DNA of 57,832 nucleotides from the IMG/VR virus record IMGVR_UViG_3300047554_001015, positions 1-57,832 of that record. One strand, given 5' to 3'. Below are positions 1 to 7,665 of the stretch, one piece after another (the first letter of the stretch is position 1; each line of letters begins with the position of its first letter). A program made the position numbers and the translations under genes. The DNA is from a virus (Duplodnaviria > Caudoviricetes). Under the pieces are notes generated by a model. The model was given only the letters and a program-made list of their open reading frames with translations, ran no database searches and was not told the DNA's origin.

Positions 1-23
1 TCCCCCGCCCCAAGACCCCAGAC

Positions 24-48
24 AATAAAAAAGCCCCTGGGTAGGGGC
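24..48 (-). terminator. intrinsic terminator (GCCCCT/AGGGGC hairpin, U-tract on minus strand)
   Basis: AATAAAAAAGCCCCTGGGTAGGGGC; same family as terminators at 41302, 42548, 44404, 45787. Confidence 0.8.
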
Positions 49-76
49 GGATCGTTAGGATTTGCTTTGGTCTATT

Positions 77-223
77 TTAGTCGGCTAGGGCGTGGGCTAG
101 GACTACCAGCGCTTCATTGCGCCAGACGATTTCATTAGGGGTTGGGGGACTGGCTTTAACGACCTTCTCAATCTCAATTAGCAGCTCGGAAATGCTGGCG
201 TAATATCCTGGGGGGTTAATCAT
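77..223 (-). CDS. small hypothetical protein (48 aa, MINPPGYY...)
   Basis: Translated by hand; preceded by the AAACGAAACC leader motif and a GCCCC hairpin like other early genes. Confidence 0.5.
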   Translation of the reverse strand: MINPPGYYASISELLIEIEKVVKASPPTPNEIVWRNEALVVLAHALAD

Positions 224-280
224 GGTTTCGTTTCCGGGGTTGGGTTTGCAGTAAAGCCCCCTAGGGAGGGGGCACTGGGT

Positions 281-682
281 TTAGATGGCTTGGTAGCCTA
301 GGAATCGGCCATTTTCCCAGACCTCTTCCAGAAGTCCTTTGCACTCATCCAGAAACCAGGCATCAGCCAGAGTGAGGGCGAAATGCTTGGCGAATTCCAT
401 CGCCGCTGTCTCAGCATCCACCAGCTTTTTGAAGCCGTTGGGGACTTGCTCCCCGTTGATGCTCAGATAGTCATCCAGGTCTTCCGGCTCATGCTCGGTG
501 GCGTAAACCACCCATTTGCCGTCAATCTTTTCAATTAGTACCTCATAGTCAAAACTCTGACCATCGGGGATCATGTGTTCCGGGAATGTGGGGGCGAAAA
601 TCTCAGCGTTGACACTGCGAACGCCGAATTTGTCTTTTTTCCAGAAGGTGGAGGTTTTGGGGGTCTTGGTTTTGGTGGCCAT
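281..682 (-). CDS. hypothetical early protein
   Basis: ORF 281-733; start moved to MATKTK after AAGGAG SD, downstream of promoter 729-757. Confidence 0.7.
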   Translation of the reverse strand: MATKTKTPKTSTFWKKDKFGVRSVNAEIFAPTFPEHMIPDGQSFDYEVLIEKIDGKWVVYATEHEPEDLDDYLSINGEQVPNGFKKLVDAETAAMEFAKHFALTLADAWFLDECKGLLEEVWENGRFLGYQAI

Positions 683-728
683 GGTCGTTGTCTCCTTGTG
701 GGGTGGGTGTTTCCGTTTCAATAAATTC

Positions 729-757
729 AACATAAGTCTATTCTGTTATTCTGTCAA
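729..757 (-). promoter_or_regulatory. sigma70-type early promoter
   Basis: TTGACA-N17-TATGTT within TGCCAAGTGTGTTGACA. Confidence 0.75.
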
Positions 758-804
758 CACACTTGGCAGACTTTTTTTTGGGGGAGGCGGCTCCCCCCGT
801 GGGC

Positions 805-1179
805 TTAGTAGATTTGCCGCCCTTCCGTGACCAGCACGTCATAGCGGCGACCGTCCACGTTGGCACCGGACTGGTCCCGCCAGTGGGGGGCGATCCGGGG
901 GTTGTAGGCAACCTTGGGGGCATCCCCTACCCACTCAGCGGGCACAGGGGACTTGGGCCACGCCGTAACCGTGTCGGCATCGATCCATGCGCACACCGTC
1001 TTGCTGGCCCCAGCGTTGATTTTGCGGGCCGTGGCGGGTTGGTTCCGCAGTGTGCAGCCATGAAGGGTCAAGTCGGTCATGGCGGGGTCGTAGTAGGCAA
1101 TCTCCCCCGGTGTGGTGTCCTTGACCTGCCAGTGCATGAAGTGGGCACCGGCTGCTAGATGGAATCGAACTTTGTACAT
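805..1179 (-). CDS. hypothetical early protein (124 aa)
   Basis: GGAGG SD, AAACGAAA leader, directly downstream of the twister ribozyme at 1204-1255. Confidence 0.75.
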   Translation of the reverse strand: MYKVRFHLAAGAHFMHWQVKDTTPGEIAYYDPAMTDLTLHGCTLRNQPATARKINAGASKTVCAWIDADTVTAWPKSPVPAEWVGDAPKVAYNPRIAPHWRDQSGANVDGRRYDVLVTEGRQIY

Positions 1180-1203
1180 GGGATCCTCCGTGTGTTTTCG
1201 TTT

Positions 1204-1255
1204 GCTCCCCTCTGCATTGTTCCGGGCTTGGGACCGGCATAGGCTGCATTAGAGC
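1204..1255 (-). ncRNA. twister ribozyme (type P1), downstream copy
   Basis: GCUCU^AAUGCAGCCUAUGCCGGUCCCAAGCCCGGAACAAUGCAGAGGGGAGC: P1 GCUC/GAGC, P2 UGCA/UGCA, GGUCNNAAGCCC loop, GCC/GGU and CC/GG pseudoknots; cleavage predicted 1251/1250. Confidence 0.9.
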
Positions 1256-1277
1256 GGGGGGCGGCCCCCGGACTGCC

Positions 1278-1604
1278 TTAGTAGCAGTCGATGGTCTCGA
1301 CTTGCTGAATGGTGCAAGCCTTGATGTCCAGTCGGACACTAGCAAAGCCATCGTAAAACCGCTTTGCATAGGCGAAGGCGTGATCCTCGTAGGATTCGAG
1401 AATGAAGCCATCGTAAACACGGGGCAGCATATCTTCCCGCTTCCACAGGTCGCGGTGAGCGGTGCGGGTATGCACTTGGCAGTGCAGGTCAACCGCAACC
1501 GTGATGTCTACAGAAGAGCCATCAACGAATGCCAGGTGAATCTGCCAAAAAGTAGGGCACTCAATGTCATCTTGAAGAACGTGCAGCACTTTGGTGTTGG
1601 TCAT
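1278..1604 (-). CDS. hypothetical protein (108 aa) between two twister ribozymes
   Basis: ORF with GGAAAACGAAA leader; no recognisable family. Confidence 0.7.
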   Translation of the reverse strand: MTNTKVLHVLQDDIECPTFWQIHLAFVDGSSVDITVAVDLHCQVHTRTAHRDLWKREDMLPRVYDGFILESYEDHAFAYAKRFYDGFASVRLDIKACTIQQVETIDCY

Positions 1605-1628
1605 TTTCGTTTTCCTTGGTAGTGTGGG

Positions 1629-1680
1629 CTGTCACTCTGCATTTACACGGGCTTGTGACCGTCAGTGGCTGCATTAACAA
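1629..1680 (-). ncRNA. twister ribozyme (type P1), upstream copy
   Basis: UUGUU^AAUGCAGCCACUGACGGUCACAAGCCCGUGUAAAUGCAGAGUGACAG: compensatory changes versus the other copy in P1, P4 (AC/GU vs CC/GG) and the 2-bp pseudoknot (AC/GU vs CC/GG); cleavage predicted 1676/1675. Confidence 0.88.
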
Positions 1681-1777
1681 ATCCTTGTCGTTACGGTTTG
1701 CTGTCTTTTCCGGGGCTGCTCTCGCTCGCAGGTAGCGGGCCTCTTTCGGGGGGCCAACCCTCTTGGGTATGTAAATC

Positions 1778-1806
1778 AATATAAGGGAATACTGCTACGC
1801 TGTCAA
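1778..1806 (-). promoter_or_regulatory. sigma70-type early promoter
   Basis: TTGACA-gcgtagcagtattccct-TATATT (N17); near-identical to 41775-41803. Confidence 0.85.
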
Positions 1807-1909
1807 CACACTTGGCAAAGTTTTTTTAGCTGGCCCAAATCCCACAGTGGGGGGGTCTCTCCGTAGTCGATTACGGTTACATGGCTAGAGCCAATTTGTT
1901 AGCGCCAAC

Positions 1910-1933
1910 AAAAAGCCCCCTGAATTGGGGGCT
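1910..1933 (-). terminator. intrinsic terminator
   Basis: AAAAAGCCCCC-TGAATT-GGGGGCT. Confidence 0.7.
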
Positions 1934-1963
1934 GCATTTCGCTGGGGTTAGCCTAGCAGGGAG

Positions 1964-2202
1964 CTAGCTATAAAGTTCGTGGATATCATCTCGATTGTAT
2001 TGAAGTCCCCGTTGATACTCCTCAATGGTCCATTGCAAAATATGGGGATTGATGGTCCCTAGGCGCATGAGGTCGGTCAGCCAAATTGAGACGCGGGCAT
2101 ACAGCACGGGGTCTTGGAGGGCGTAGGCTGTGACCAGATAGGGGTGAATCCAAACACCACCGCCAGAGGAGCGATCATATCAAAAAAAGATACAATAGCC
2201 AC
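1964..2202 (-). pseudogene. KilA-N-like gene remnant (internal deletion or frame break)
   Basis: GGAG-GTG start (VAIVSFFD) is out of frame with DRSSGGGVWIHPYLVTAYA...VSIWLTDLMRLG, which resembles the KilA-N GTWxHP...W..ELM..G C-terminal motif. Confidence 0.55.
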
Positions 2203-2268
2203 AGTAAATCTCCGTACTAGATTTGCTCTGCCCTAGGGGATGGCTGTCCCGCTAGGGCTTTAACCATT

Positions 2269-2541
2269 TTAACCGAACTCCCGATCAATAATCTCCAGTG
2301 CCTCCAGCAACGGCATGGTTTGCAGCAACTCATCCAGCCGCCGCTCATGGCCGCTGATTCCCTGTAGGTGAGGGGCTGCGGCTAGTATGCGATCGGGGAG
2401 GGAGTGCCAAACTGCGGGACTGCTCTTCCCGTCGTGATGATTTTGCTCAACCCCCCAAGTGTCCCCCGTCATTTTCTTAAACGACATCCACCCATCCACA
2501 AGAAACCGCCGAGCCAGTTCAACCTCAATCCTGGGATCCAT
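2269..2541 (-). CDS. stand-alone paralog of the Dam methylase target-recognition segment (90 aa)
   Basis: ATG overlaps the methylase stop (TGATG); ARRFLVDGWMS...WHSLPDRIL matches ARRYLVDGWMS...WHSLPTRIL in the upstream gene. Confidence 0.7.
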   Translation of the reverse strand: MDPRIEVELARRFLVDGWMSFKKMTGDTWGVEQNHHDGKSSPAVWHSLPDRILAAAPHLQGISGHERRLDELLQTMPLLEALEIIDREFG

Positions 2542-3092
2542 CAGAACAGCCCCAACTGACCGCTGAGGCTCACTGTGGGGCCATCTGCCTTGTGCTTGCG
2601 GATGAGCAATAGTTCTTGGCGTTTGGGGCGGGTGCGGGTTTTGCTCTGACGGGTGATTCCGGCTGAACTGGCTACGGTCTCTTTGTAGTGCCGTTCCCAA
2701 TGCTCCTCTGGGTAAAGCTCATCCACCAAATCGCAGGGGTAATAGGAGACCGCAACACAGGCGGCTTCCACGGTGTTCAAGGCTGCGGCCAGCCGGTAGT
2801 GCAGGTCTAGGCTGTCTTCCTTGCCGCTGGTTTTGTTGTGGGCGTAGTAGTCCTCCAGCCCCACATAGGGAGGGTCGGCATAGATGCATGTGTGGGGCGT
2901 GGCCCAGCGCTCAATCACGGCCACAGCGTCATCGTTTTCGATATAACACCGCTTAAGATGGTCGGTCGCGTTGAGAATGCGGGTGGGGAGGGAGTGCCAG
3001 CCGAAGATACCTTCCCCGTATGCCTTAACTTCAGATGTGTCAAAATTCCAGCAGCACCCAGGTCTTCTCACTGTACTCATCCACCCATCCAC
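2395..3092. repeat. two pairs of identical 15-bp direct repeats bracketing variable methylase segments
   Basis: GGGGAGGGAGTGCCA at 2395-2409 and 2985-2999; CATCCACCCATCCAC at 2485-2499 and 3078-3092. Confidence 0.9.
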
Positions 3093-3473
3093 CAAATATC
3101 GCCTAGCCTCCTCAATCTCATCCAGATCCTCTAGGTTGCCGTCTCCCTTGCCTTGGGCTAGGCGGTGTTCTTCTCTGCTGTAGGGGGTGAAGGCTATGGC
3201 ATGGGCCAGCGCTTCGGGGTAATCCCGGCAGGCGCGGAACAGTTGCACAATGCGGCTATCGGCATCGTTCAGCACAGCACGGGGGTGGTGACCACGGGCG
3301 CGGATTTGCTCAAAAATGCCCTCACTGACCAGCCGAAAATAGACGGCACCCGACCCCACAAATGGCTCACAGTAGATTGACCATTGAAACCGCTTGAGAT
3401 GCTCAATAATCCACGGGGCCAGTCGTGCCTTGCCCCCAACCCTGCCAATGATGGGCTTGACGCTACTCCCCAT
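2541..3473 (-). CDS. DNA adenine methyltransferase, Dam/D12 family
   Basis: GGKARLA, YCEPFVGSGAV (motif I), LNDAD, YADPPY (motif IV); C-terminal QLGLF. Confidence 0.92.
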   Translation of the reverse strand: MGSSVKPIIGRVGGKARLAPWIIEHLKRFQWSIYCEPFVGSGAVYFRLVSEGIFEQIRARGHHPRAVLNDADSRIVQLFRACRDYPEALAHAIAFTPYSREEHRLAQGKGDGNLEDLDEIEEARRYLVDGWMSTVRRPGCCWNFDTSEVKAYGEGIFGWHSLPTRILNATDHLKRCYIENDDAVAVIERWATPHTCIYADPPYVGLEDYYAHNKTSGKEDSLDLHYRLAAALNTVEAACVAVSYYPCDLVDELYPEEHWERHYKETVASSAGITRQSKTRTRPKRQELLLIRKHKADGPTVSLSGQLGLF

Positions 3474-3630
3474 CGATCTGCCCCGCCACAAAATTGACCA
3501 CATCATCAAAAGTAATGAGATCCCCGTCTAGCCCGGAGCCGACAAAAATACCCAGCCAAAAGCAAATGGCATAAAACAGGGTTGTGGTACTGAGCAGAGA
3601 GAATTGCTTTTCGAGTTTGTCCTTGTCCAT
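3463..3630 (-). CDS. small membrane protein
   Basis: MDKDKLE start; one hydrophobic segment. Confidence 0.5.
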   Translation of the reverse strand: MDKDKLEKQFSLLSTTTLFYAICFWLGIFVGSGLDGDLITFDDVVNFVAGQIDGE

Positions 3631-3800
3631 GGTTTTCGCCTCAATGTTATGCCCATCATACCAGGGCAACATCATCAACACATACAGAAAAAATAAAAGG
3701 ATCCCCCAGAGAGAGATCCCACAAGAGGAGAGGAAAGATGAGTTAATTCTACTCCTCTTTTTTTGTGGAATTTTTTCCTAGGGGGTCTTTTTCTTGTGCC

Positions 3801-4125
3801 AGTTGGTTGCTGCAACCATTGCTGCTGAATGCTGCCAATTTGCTGAATGATGACAGACTGCTGCCACTGCTGGCAGCATCCGAAACCCGCACTGTGCCTA
3901 CATTACAGCCGACTGCTGCCAATGCTGCCAAAATTTTCGCCGCGCCGATCTCAACTTTTTTCTGCGATTTTCATTCCTCTCTAAAAAAAGTGGCAGCATT
4001 GGCAGCATCCAACCTGAAACCCTTGTCCCGTCTGGCTTTGGGTATGCTGCCACAAGTGCTACAACGAATGCTGCAAACAAAAAGTGGCAGCATTCATTTG
4101 GCAGCATTCAGCAGTCAGCAGCGGT
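3801..4125. repeat. TGCTGCCA iteron element, copy A (origin-like)
   Basis: Many TGCTGC(C/A)A and TGGCAGCA motifs; perfect 17-bp inverted repeat 3914-3930/3991-4007 around a 60-bp core with A/T tracts; homologous to 27138-27436 and 45451-45755. Confidence 0.8.
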
Positions 4126-4208
4126 TTAGTACAGGCTTACTCTGTGACAGTCAGCCAACAAAAAAGGAGGGTGTGACCCCTCCCCTGTGGAAACCTCTCA
4201 CCAGCATT

Positions 4209-4856
4209 TTATCTGCGGCGATCGCTCAGTTGCCAGCCCCGGTATTGCTCCAATTCCCCCCTCAATAGCTTGCGAAAATAGTCAGGGGTGAGGCCGTGGG
4301 ACCGGGCAAATCTTTGGGGAACCTCGGTGATGGTGTAGACCTTCCCCTCAGGACTCAGCACACGGGGGGCCAACTTTCTGCGCCAGTGGTTGATCAGTTG
4401 AGAGGATACCGGTTCCCTGAAAACCCGATAAATCTGTTGGGAGGATCCCCCGCTGGTTTTGCTGGCGGAAATCAACCGGCAATCCTCAAGCCGCTGGCTG
4501 ATGTGGTAGCAAGCCCCTCCAAACATTTGCCGCTTTTCCCGGTTGCTGACAACCCAGGGAAACACATCCTGATCCAGGCTCAGCAGATAGAGCCAGAATG
4601 CAAAGGGCTGGGCTTTCAACCTGAGTTCCCGGCCTATCTCCCACAATTGGAGGTCGCAGTTGGTCCCGTACCAGCGATCGGGGATTGGCCCGTAGGCATC
4701 GCTCACCAGCTTACGAGCTGCGGCCCCCCAGCCATTGCTGGCATAGCGGAATGAGTCTCGTTCAATTTTGTCCGGCGAGATGGTGCCCCGGTAGGAGTCC
4801 AAAAAGCAGCGACCCCGGAACTCCACGGGGGTCTTGAGTAGGTCTGTGTTTAGCAT
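4209..4856 (-). CDS. putative DNA-binding protein (winged-helix-like middle, NUMOD1/IENR1-like C-terminus)
   Basis: FWLYLLSL...RLEDCRLIS...IYRVFREP and SPEGKVYTI..VPQRFARSHGL...LLRG...YRGW. Confidence 0.55.
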   Translation of the reverse strand: MLNTDLLKTPVEFRGRCFLDSYRGTISPDKIERDSFRYASNGWGAAARKLVSDAYGPIPDRWYGTNCDLQLWEIGRELRLKAQPFAFWLYLLSLDQDVFPWVVSNREKRQMFGGACYHISQRLEDCRLISASKTSGGSSQQIYRVFREPVSSQLINHWRRKLAPRVLSPEGKVYTITEVPQRFARSHGLTPDYFRKLLRGELEQYRGWQLSDRRR

Positions 4857-6328
4857 GGCTGCCCCTTCATGCTTAGCAACCCCACATCCTGCACATAGCT
4901 TTTGCCGTCCCGCAATCCTTGGCTAGCGGTTGCAAGCTCAATCCCCAGATAAGCAGCATGGGCGGGGGCGATCGCTGGGTTGTCTAGGCAGATTTCCCGC
5001 ATCAGCTTCAGCGGTTTCGTGCCTTGGTAGCGCCGCACTTCCTCCCCTGTGGGACTGGTCTGCACTATCACCAAATGCCGCCCCTCAACTTCAATCTGGA
5101 AATTTCCCGCAGGGTCGCCATAGGTCGGCTTGCTTTTGCCGTAGTGGTTTGCAATTAGCCGGTCTGCATTCTCCCAGCAGTCATCGTAAATATGGGCGCT
5201 TTGGCTAATCGTGATCAGCGGCCCCATGGTTAGTCGGAACCCGTGGCCCTTGACCCGTTCAAAAATATGGCGCTGCAAAGCTCGTAAACCCATGGCATTG
5301 GAGGGCCACGCGCTAAACATGTCATTGGAGCGAAACGTGGCGGTTAGGCTCAACTCCCCGTCAACCACCCGCAGCCAAATGTGGTTTAAGCAGGGACTGC
5401 CGCCCTTCTCATGGTCCTTCACGTCCCACAGGTTCATCACTGCACTAGCCGCGTCAATTTCCCCCGCCAATTTCTTGACCACCTGGTCAATTTGGTCCAC
5501 CCCAAACCAGGACCGCAGCCGCTGGCCATAGGTATACTTGACCCCCTCCTGATACGGGGCATCGGCCAAAATCTGGGGAATGTAATTACTGATTGCTTCC
5601 CGGTCTACCGGCAAATAATTTGGTTCCGGGAAATAGCCTTGCTCTGGCTCATCCGTCACCACTGCCACCAAATCAATCAACTCTTGCCAGTTGCCATCGT
5701 ATCCTGTGGGGCGGATGGTCCCGGTGGTTTTGATGCGGTGGACAATTTTTACCCAGGTCTCAGCAATGGTGCGGCCCTCAATGCGGTGACCATAGCGGGG
5801 GCCGGGTAGCACCGTTGGCAGAACTTCATGGGGCGGGAAGGCTTGGGGCTGCCCCCACGGGATTGGGCTTTGGGGCCACAGTGGGGCAGACTCCACAAGG
5901 GTATCCAATGACTCGTAAAGGTGCGGAGTTACCGAGTCCCGAATGGTTTGGAGCCAGAATTCGGGAATCTCGATGTCAATAAAGGCCGGGGCGGTACCCT
6001 TCACGACCCAGCACTCCACCCCCGTGTCGGTCTGCCCCTGCTCAAACCCCCAGTAAAAAAAATCCCACAACCGAAAACAGGACTGGGAATTGCGGTCTTC
6101 CTTGGTAGCGCTGAGGATGATTAGATCCCGAACTTGGGGGTTGGCTAGGAGATTTCTAATCAGCGTAGAGATGCCCCGTGCAGGGCTGTAAAGCTGGCCG
6201 ATCGCGGCGTAGGTTGTGGGGTCTAGCTTGCGGGCTACGGCTTCCTTGACGGTCCATCCTGTCACGATGACGGGGGCACCTGTGCCCAATATGATTTGAC
6301 CAGCTTTTTGAATCGGTTTATAGGTCAT
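4850..6328 (-). CDS. thyA: thymidylate synthase with N- and C-terminal accessory domains (cyanobacterial MtrA-like/DUF4346-type architecture)
   Basis: YTYGQRL, catalytic PCL, FRSNDM..AWPSN, SAHIY. Confidence 0.88.
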   Translation of the reverse strand: MTYKPIQKAGQIILGTGAPVIVTGWTVKEAVARKLDPTTYAAIGQLYSPARGISTLIRNLLANPQVRDLIILSATKEDRNSQSCFRLWDFFYWGFEQGQTDTGVECWVVKGTAPAFIDIEIPEFWLQTIRDSVTPHLYESLDTLVESAPLWPQSPIPWGQPQAFPPHEVLPTVLPGPRYGHRIEGRTIAETWVKIVHRIKTTGTIRPTGYDGNWQELIDLVAVVTDEPEQGYFPEPNYLPVDREAISNYIPQILADAPYQEGVKYTYGQRLRSWFGVDQIDQVVKKLAGEIDAASAVMNLWDVKDHEKGGSPCLNHIWLRVVDGELSLTATFRSNDMFSAWPSNAMGLRALQRHIFERVKGHGFRLTMGPLITISQSAHIYDDCWENADRLIANHYGKSKPTYGDPAGNFQIEVEGRHLVIVQTSPTGEEVRRYQGTKPLKLMREICLDNPAIAPAHAAYLGIELATASQGLRDGKSYVQDVGLLSMKGQPC

Positions 6329-6423
6329 GGCTTGTGAGTTCGTTTACTGGGATTATTTTACGGCAAAATAAAACCCGCAATGGCTTGGGGCGATCGCGGG
6401 GTGGGGTTGGGGAGCAGGGAAGA

Positions 6424-6750
6424 TCAGAGATATGCTCTTATTTCTTCTGGGGCACGTCCCCAGTCGATATCTTTGCCGTCTGCCTCCCCATCATAAAAGA
6501 GGTCGAGGTCTTGGATGGCATTCAACCAATCCCGAAGATCAGGAGTTATGGGGAGGGTGTGGCAATCAATGCCACAATTTATCAGAAGCAGTTCCGCATC
6601 CTCCACTTTGTCCACGGTTTTGGGTCGGGTGGTGGTTTCCGTGCGGACTTTCGCGCCGCTATCCCACTGCTTTCCTCTGTAGAAGGCGGAAGAGGGAAGC
6701 GCGAGTTCGCTCTTGGTTTCTATTTTTTGAAGCCGGATATCCTTGATCAT
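6424..6750 (-). CDS. hypothetical early protein
   Basis: GAGG SD; in operon from promoter 7387-7415. Confidence 0.65.
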   Translation of the reverse strand: MIKDIRLQKIETKSELALPSSAFYRGKQWDSGAKVRTETTTRPKTVDKVEDAELLLINCGIDCHTLPITPDLRDWLNAIQDLDLFYDGEADGKDIDWGRAPEEIRAYL

Positions 6751-6768
6751 GGTTTCATCCTCGTTTAT

Positions 6769-7110
6769 TTAGTCTAGGCTGACGCTCGTTCCTGGGGGGA
6801 AGGTGTCCCCCTCTTTTAGTACATCGCAGGCAGGATGCACCCACCATTCGCAGTACTCGTGGTAGGAGCCATGGCACCGCTGGATATATCCATAGCGGTG
6901 AACCGCCTTTTCGAGGGCGACCTTAGCCGCCTTTACGGCTTCTTTCAGTCGAAGAAATCCTTCGACTTCCGGGCCGATCCCGGCCTGGGCCTGGGCCTCC
7001 CGCTCATGGCGGGTCTCTTCAAGACGCTGGGCCTCGATCGCCCACTCTGCTTTTTTAGCGGCCTCTGGGGAGGCCAGTCCTACTTCGACAAAAGCTTTTG
7101 CTAGCTGCAT
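6769..7110 (-). CDS. hypothetical early protein
   Basis: Start MQLAKAF after AAACGAAAC..GGGAGG. Confidence 0.7.
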   Translation of the reverse strand: MQLAKAFVEVGLASPEAAKKAEWAIEAQRLEETRHEREAQAQAGIGPEVEGFLRLKEAVKAAKVALEKAVHRYGYIQRCHGSYHEYCEWWVHPACDVLKEGDTFPPGTSVSLD

Positions 7111-7189
7111 ATTGCCTCCCTGTGGTTTCGTTTTTTTGAATCTAGCCCCACCCCGTTGCCAGGGCAAGGCTTGTAATGCGAACGGCGAC

Positions 7190-7345
7190 CTAGAACGGAA
7201 CTAGGTCAAAATCCTCAAGACTGGGTTCCTCTCCATAGAGGTAAAACAGTTTGCCCTTCCCAGAGGGCTGCTCTGCGGTAACCAGCCCCGCACGGTTAAC
7301 CCACAGCAGGGTTCCGTCACTGGTCAAATGCGTTGCATCGGTCAT
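7190..7345 (-). CDS. small hypothetical early protein
   Basis: Start MTDATH after GGGAGG. Confidence 0.6.
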   Translation of the reverse strand: MTDATHLTSDGTLLWVNRAGLVTAEQPSGKGKLFYLYGEEPSLEDFDLVPF

Positions 7346-7386
7346 TGATTGTCCTCCCTGTGGGCTTGTGCTTTCGTTCTGCAAGT

Positions 7387-7415
7387 ATCATATATGCAAC
7401 ACGGCAACCTGTCAA
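7387..7415 (-). promoter_or_regulatory. sigma70-type early promoter
   Basis: TTGACA-N17-TATGAT. Confidence 0.8.
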
Positions 7416-7500
7416 CACACTGGCAAAAGAAAGCCCGCAGCTATTGCCACGGGCTGGGATGAACGTCTTAAGGTGTGGATCATCATGAAGTGGCTAGATT

Positions 7501-7662
7501 TTAGCCTAGTTTTGCCTCCCAGATTTCCACAAGGGAGTCAGAGTCGGTATAGAGGAACCGCAGTAGGGTCACCTTAACGGATTCAGATTTGCCCTCAAGG
7601 GTGTAATGCTGCCCTGGTTTATAGGTCTCGCCCCATGGGAGGCTCACGGTTACGGTTGGCAT
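7501..7662 (-). CDS. small hypothetical protein (53 aa, MPTVTVSLPW...)
   Basis: Translated by hand; starts 3 nt after the dnaN stop with AGGAG upstream. Confidence 0.55.
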   Translation of the reverse strand: MPTVTVSLPWGETYKPGQHYTLEGKSESVKVTLLRFLYTDSDSLVEIWEAKLG

Positions 7663-7665
7663 GGC

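Noticed and set aside
1676-1771. Possible c-di-GMP-I riboswitch or C4 antisense RNA (GCAAAC, CGAAAG)
   Set aside because: Motif order and stems do not fit either consensus; kept only as an unclassified structured RNA.
2269-3092. Diversity-generating retroelement (template/variable repeat pair)
   Set aside because: No reverse transcriptase, and the differences are not adenine-specific: the cores are unrelated.
3765-4268. 167-aa ORF resembling the Rep C-terminal linker (LNAA..L.DD..LP.LAAS, KKVAALAA)
   Set aside because: The similarity is explained by the shared DNA repeat element. The ORF has no clear SD, opposes the local gene direction and is not preserved in copy C.
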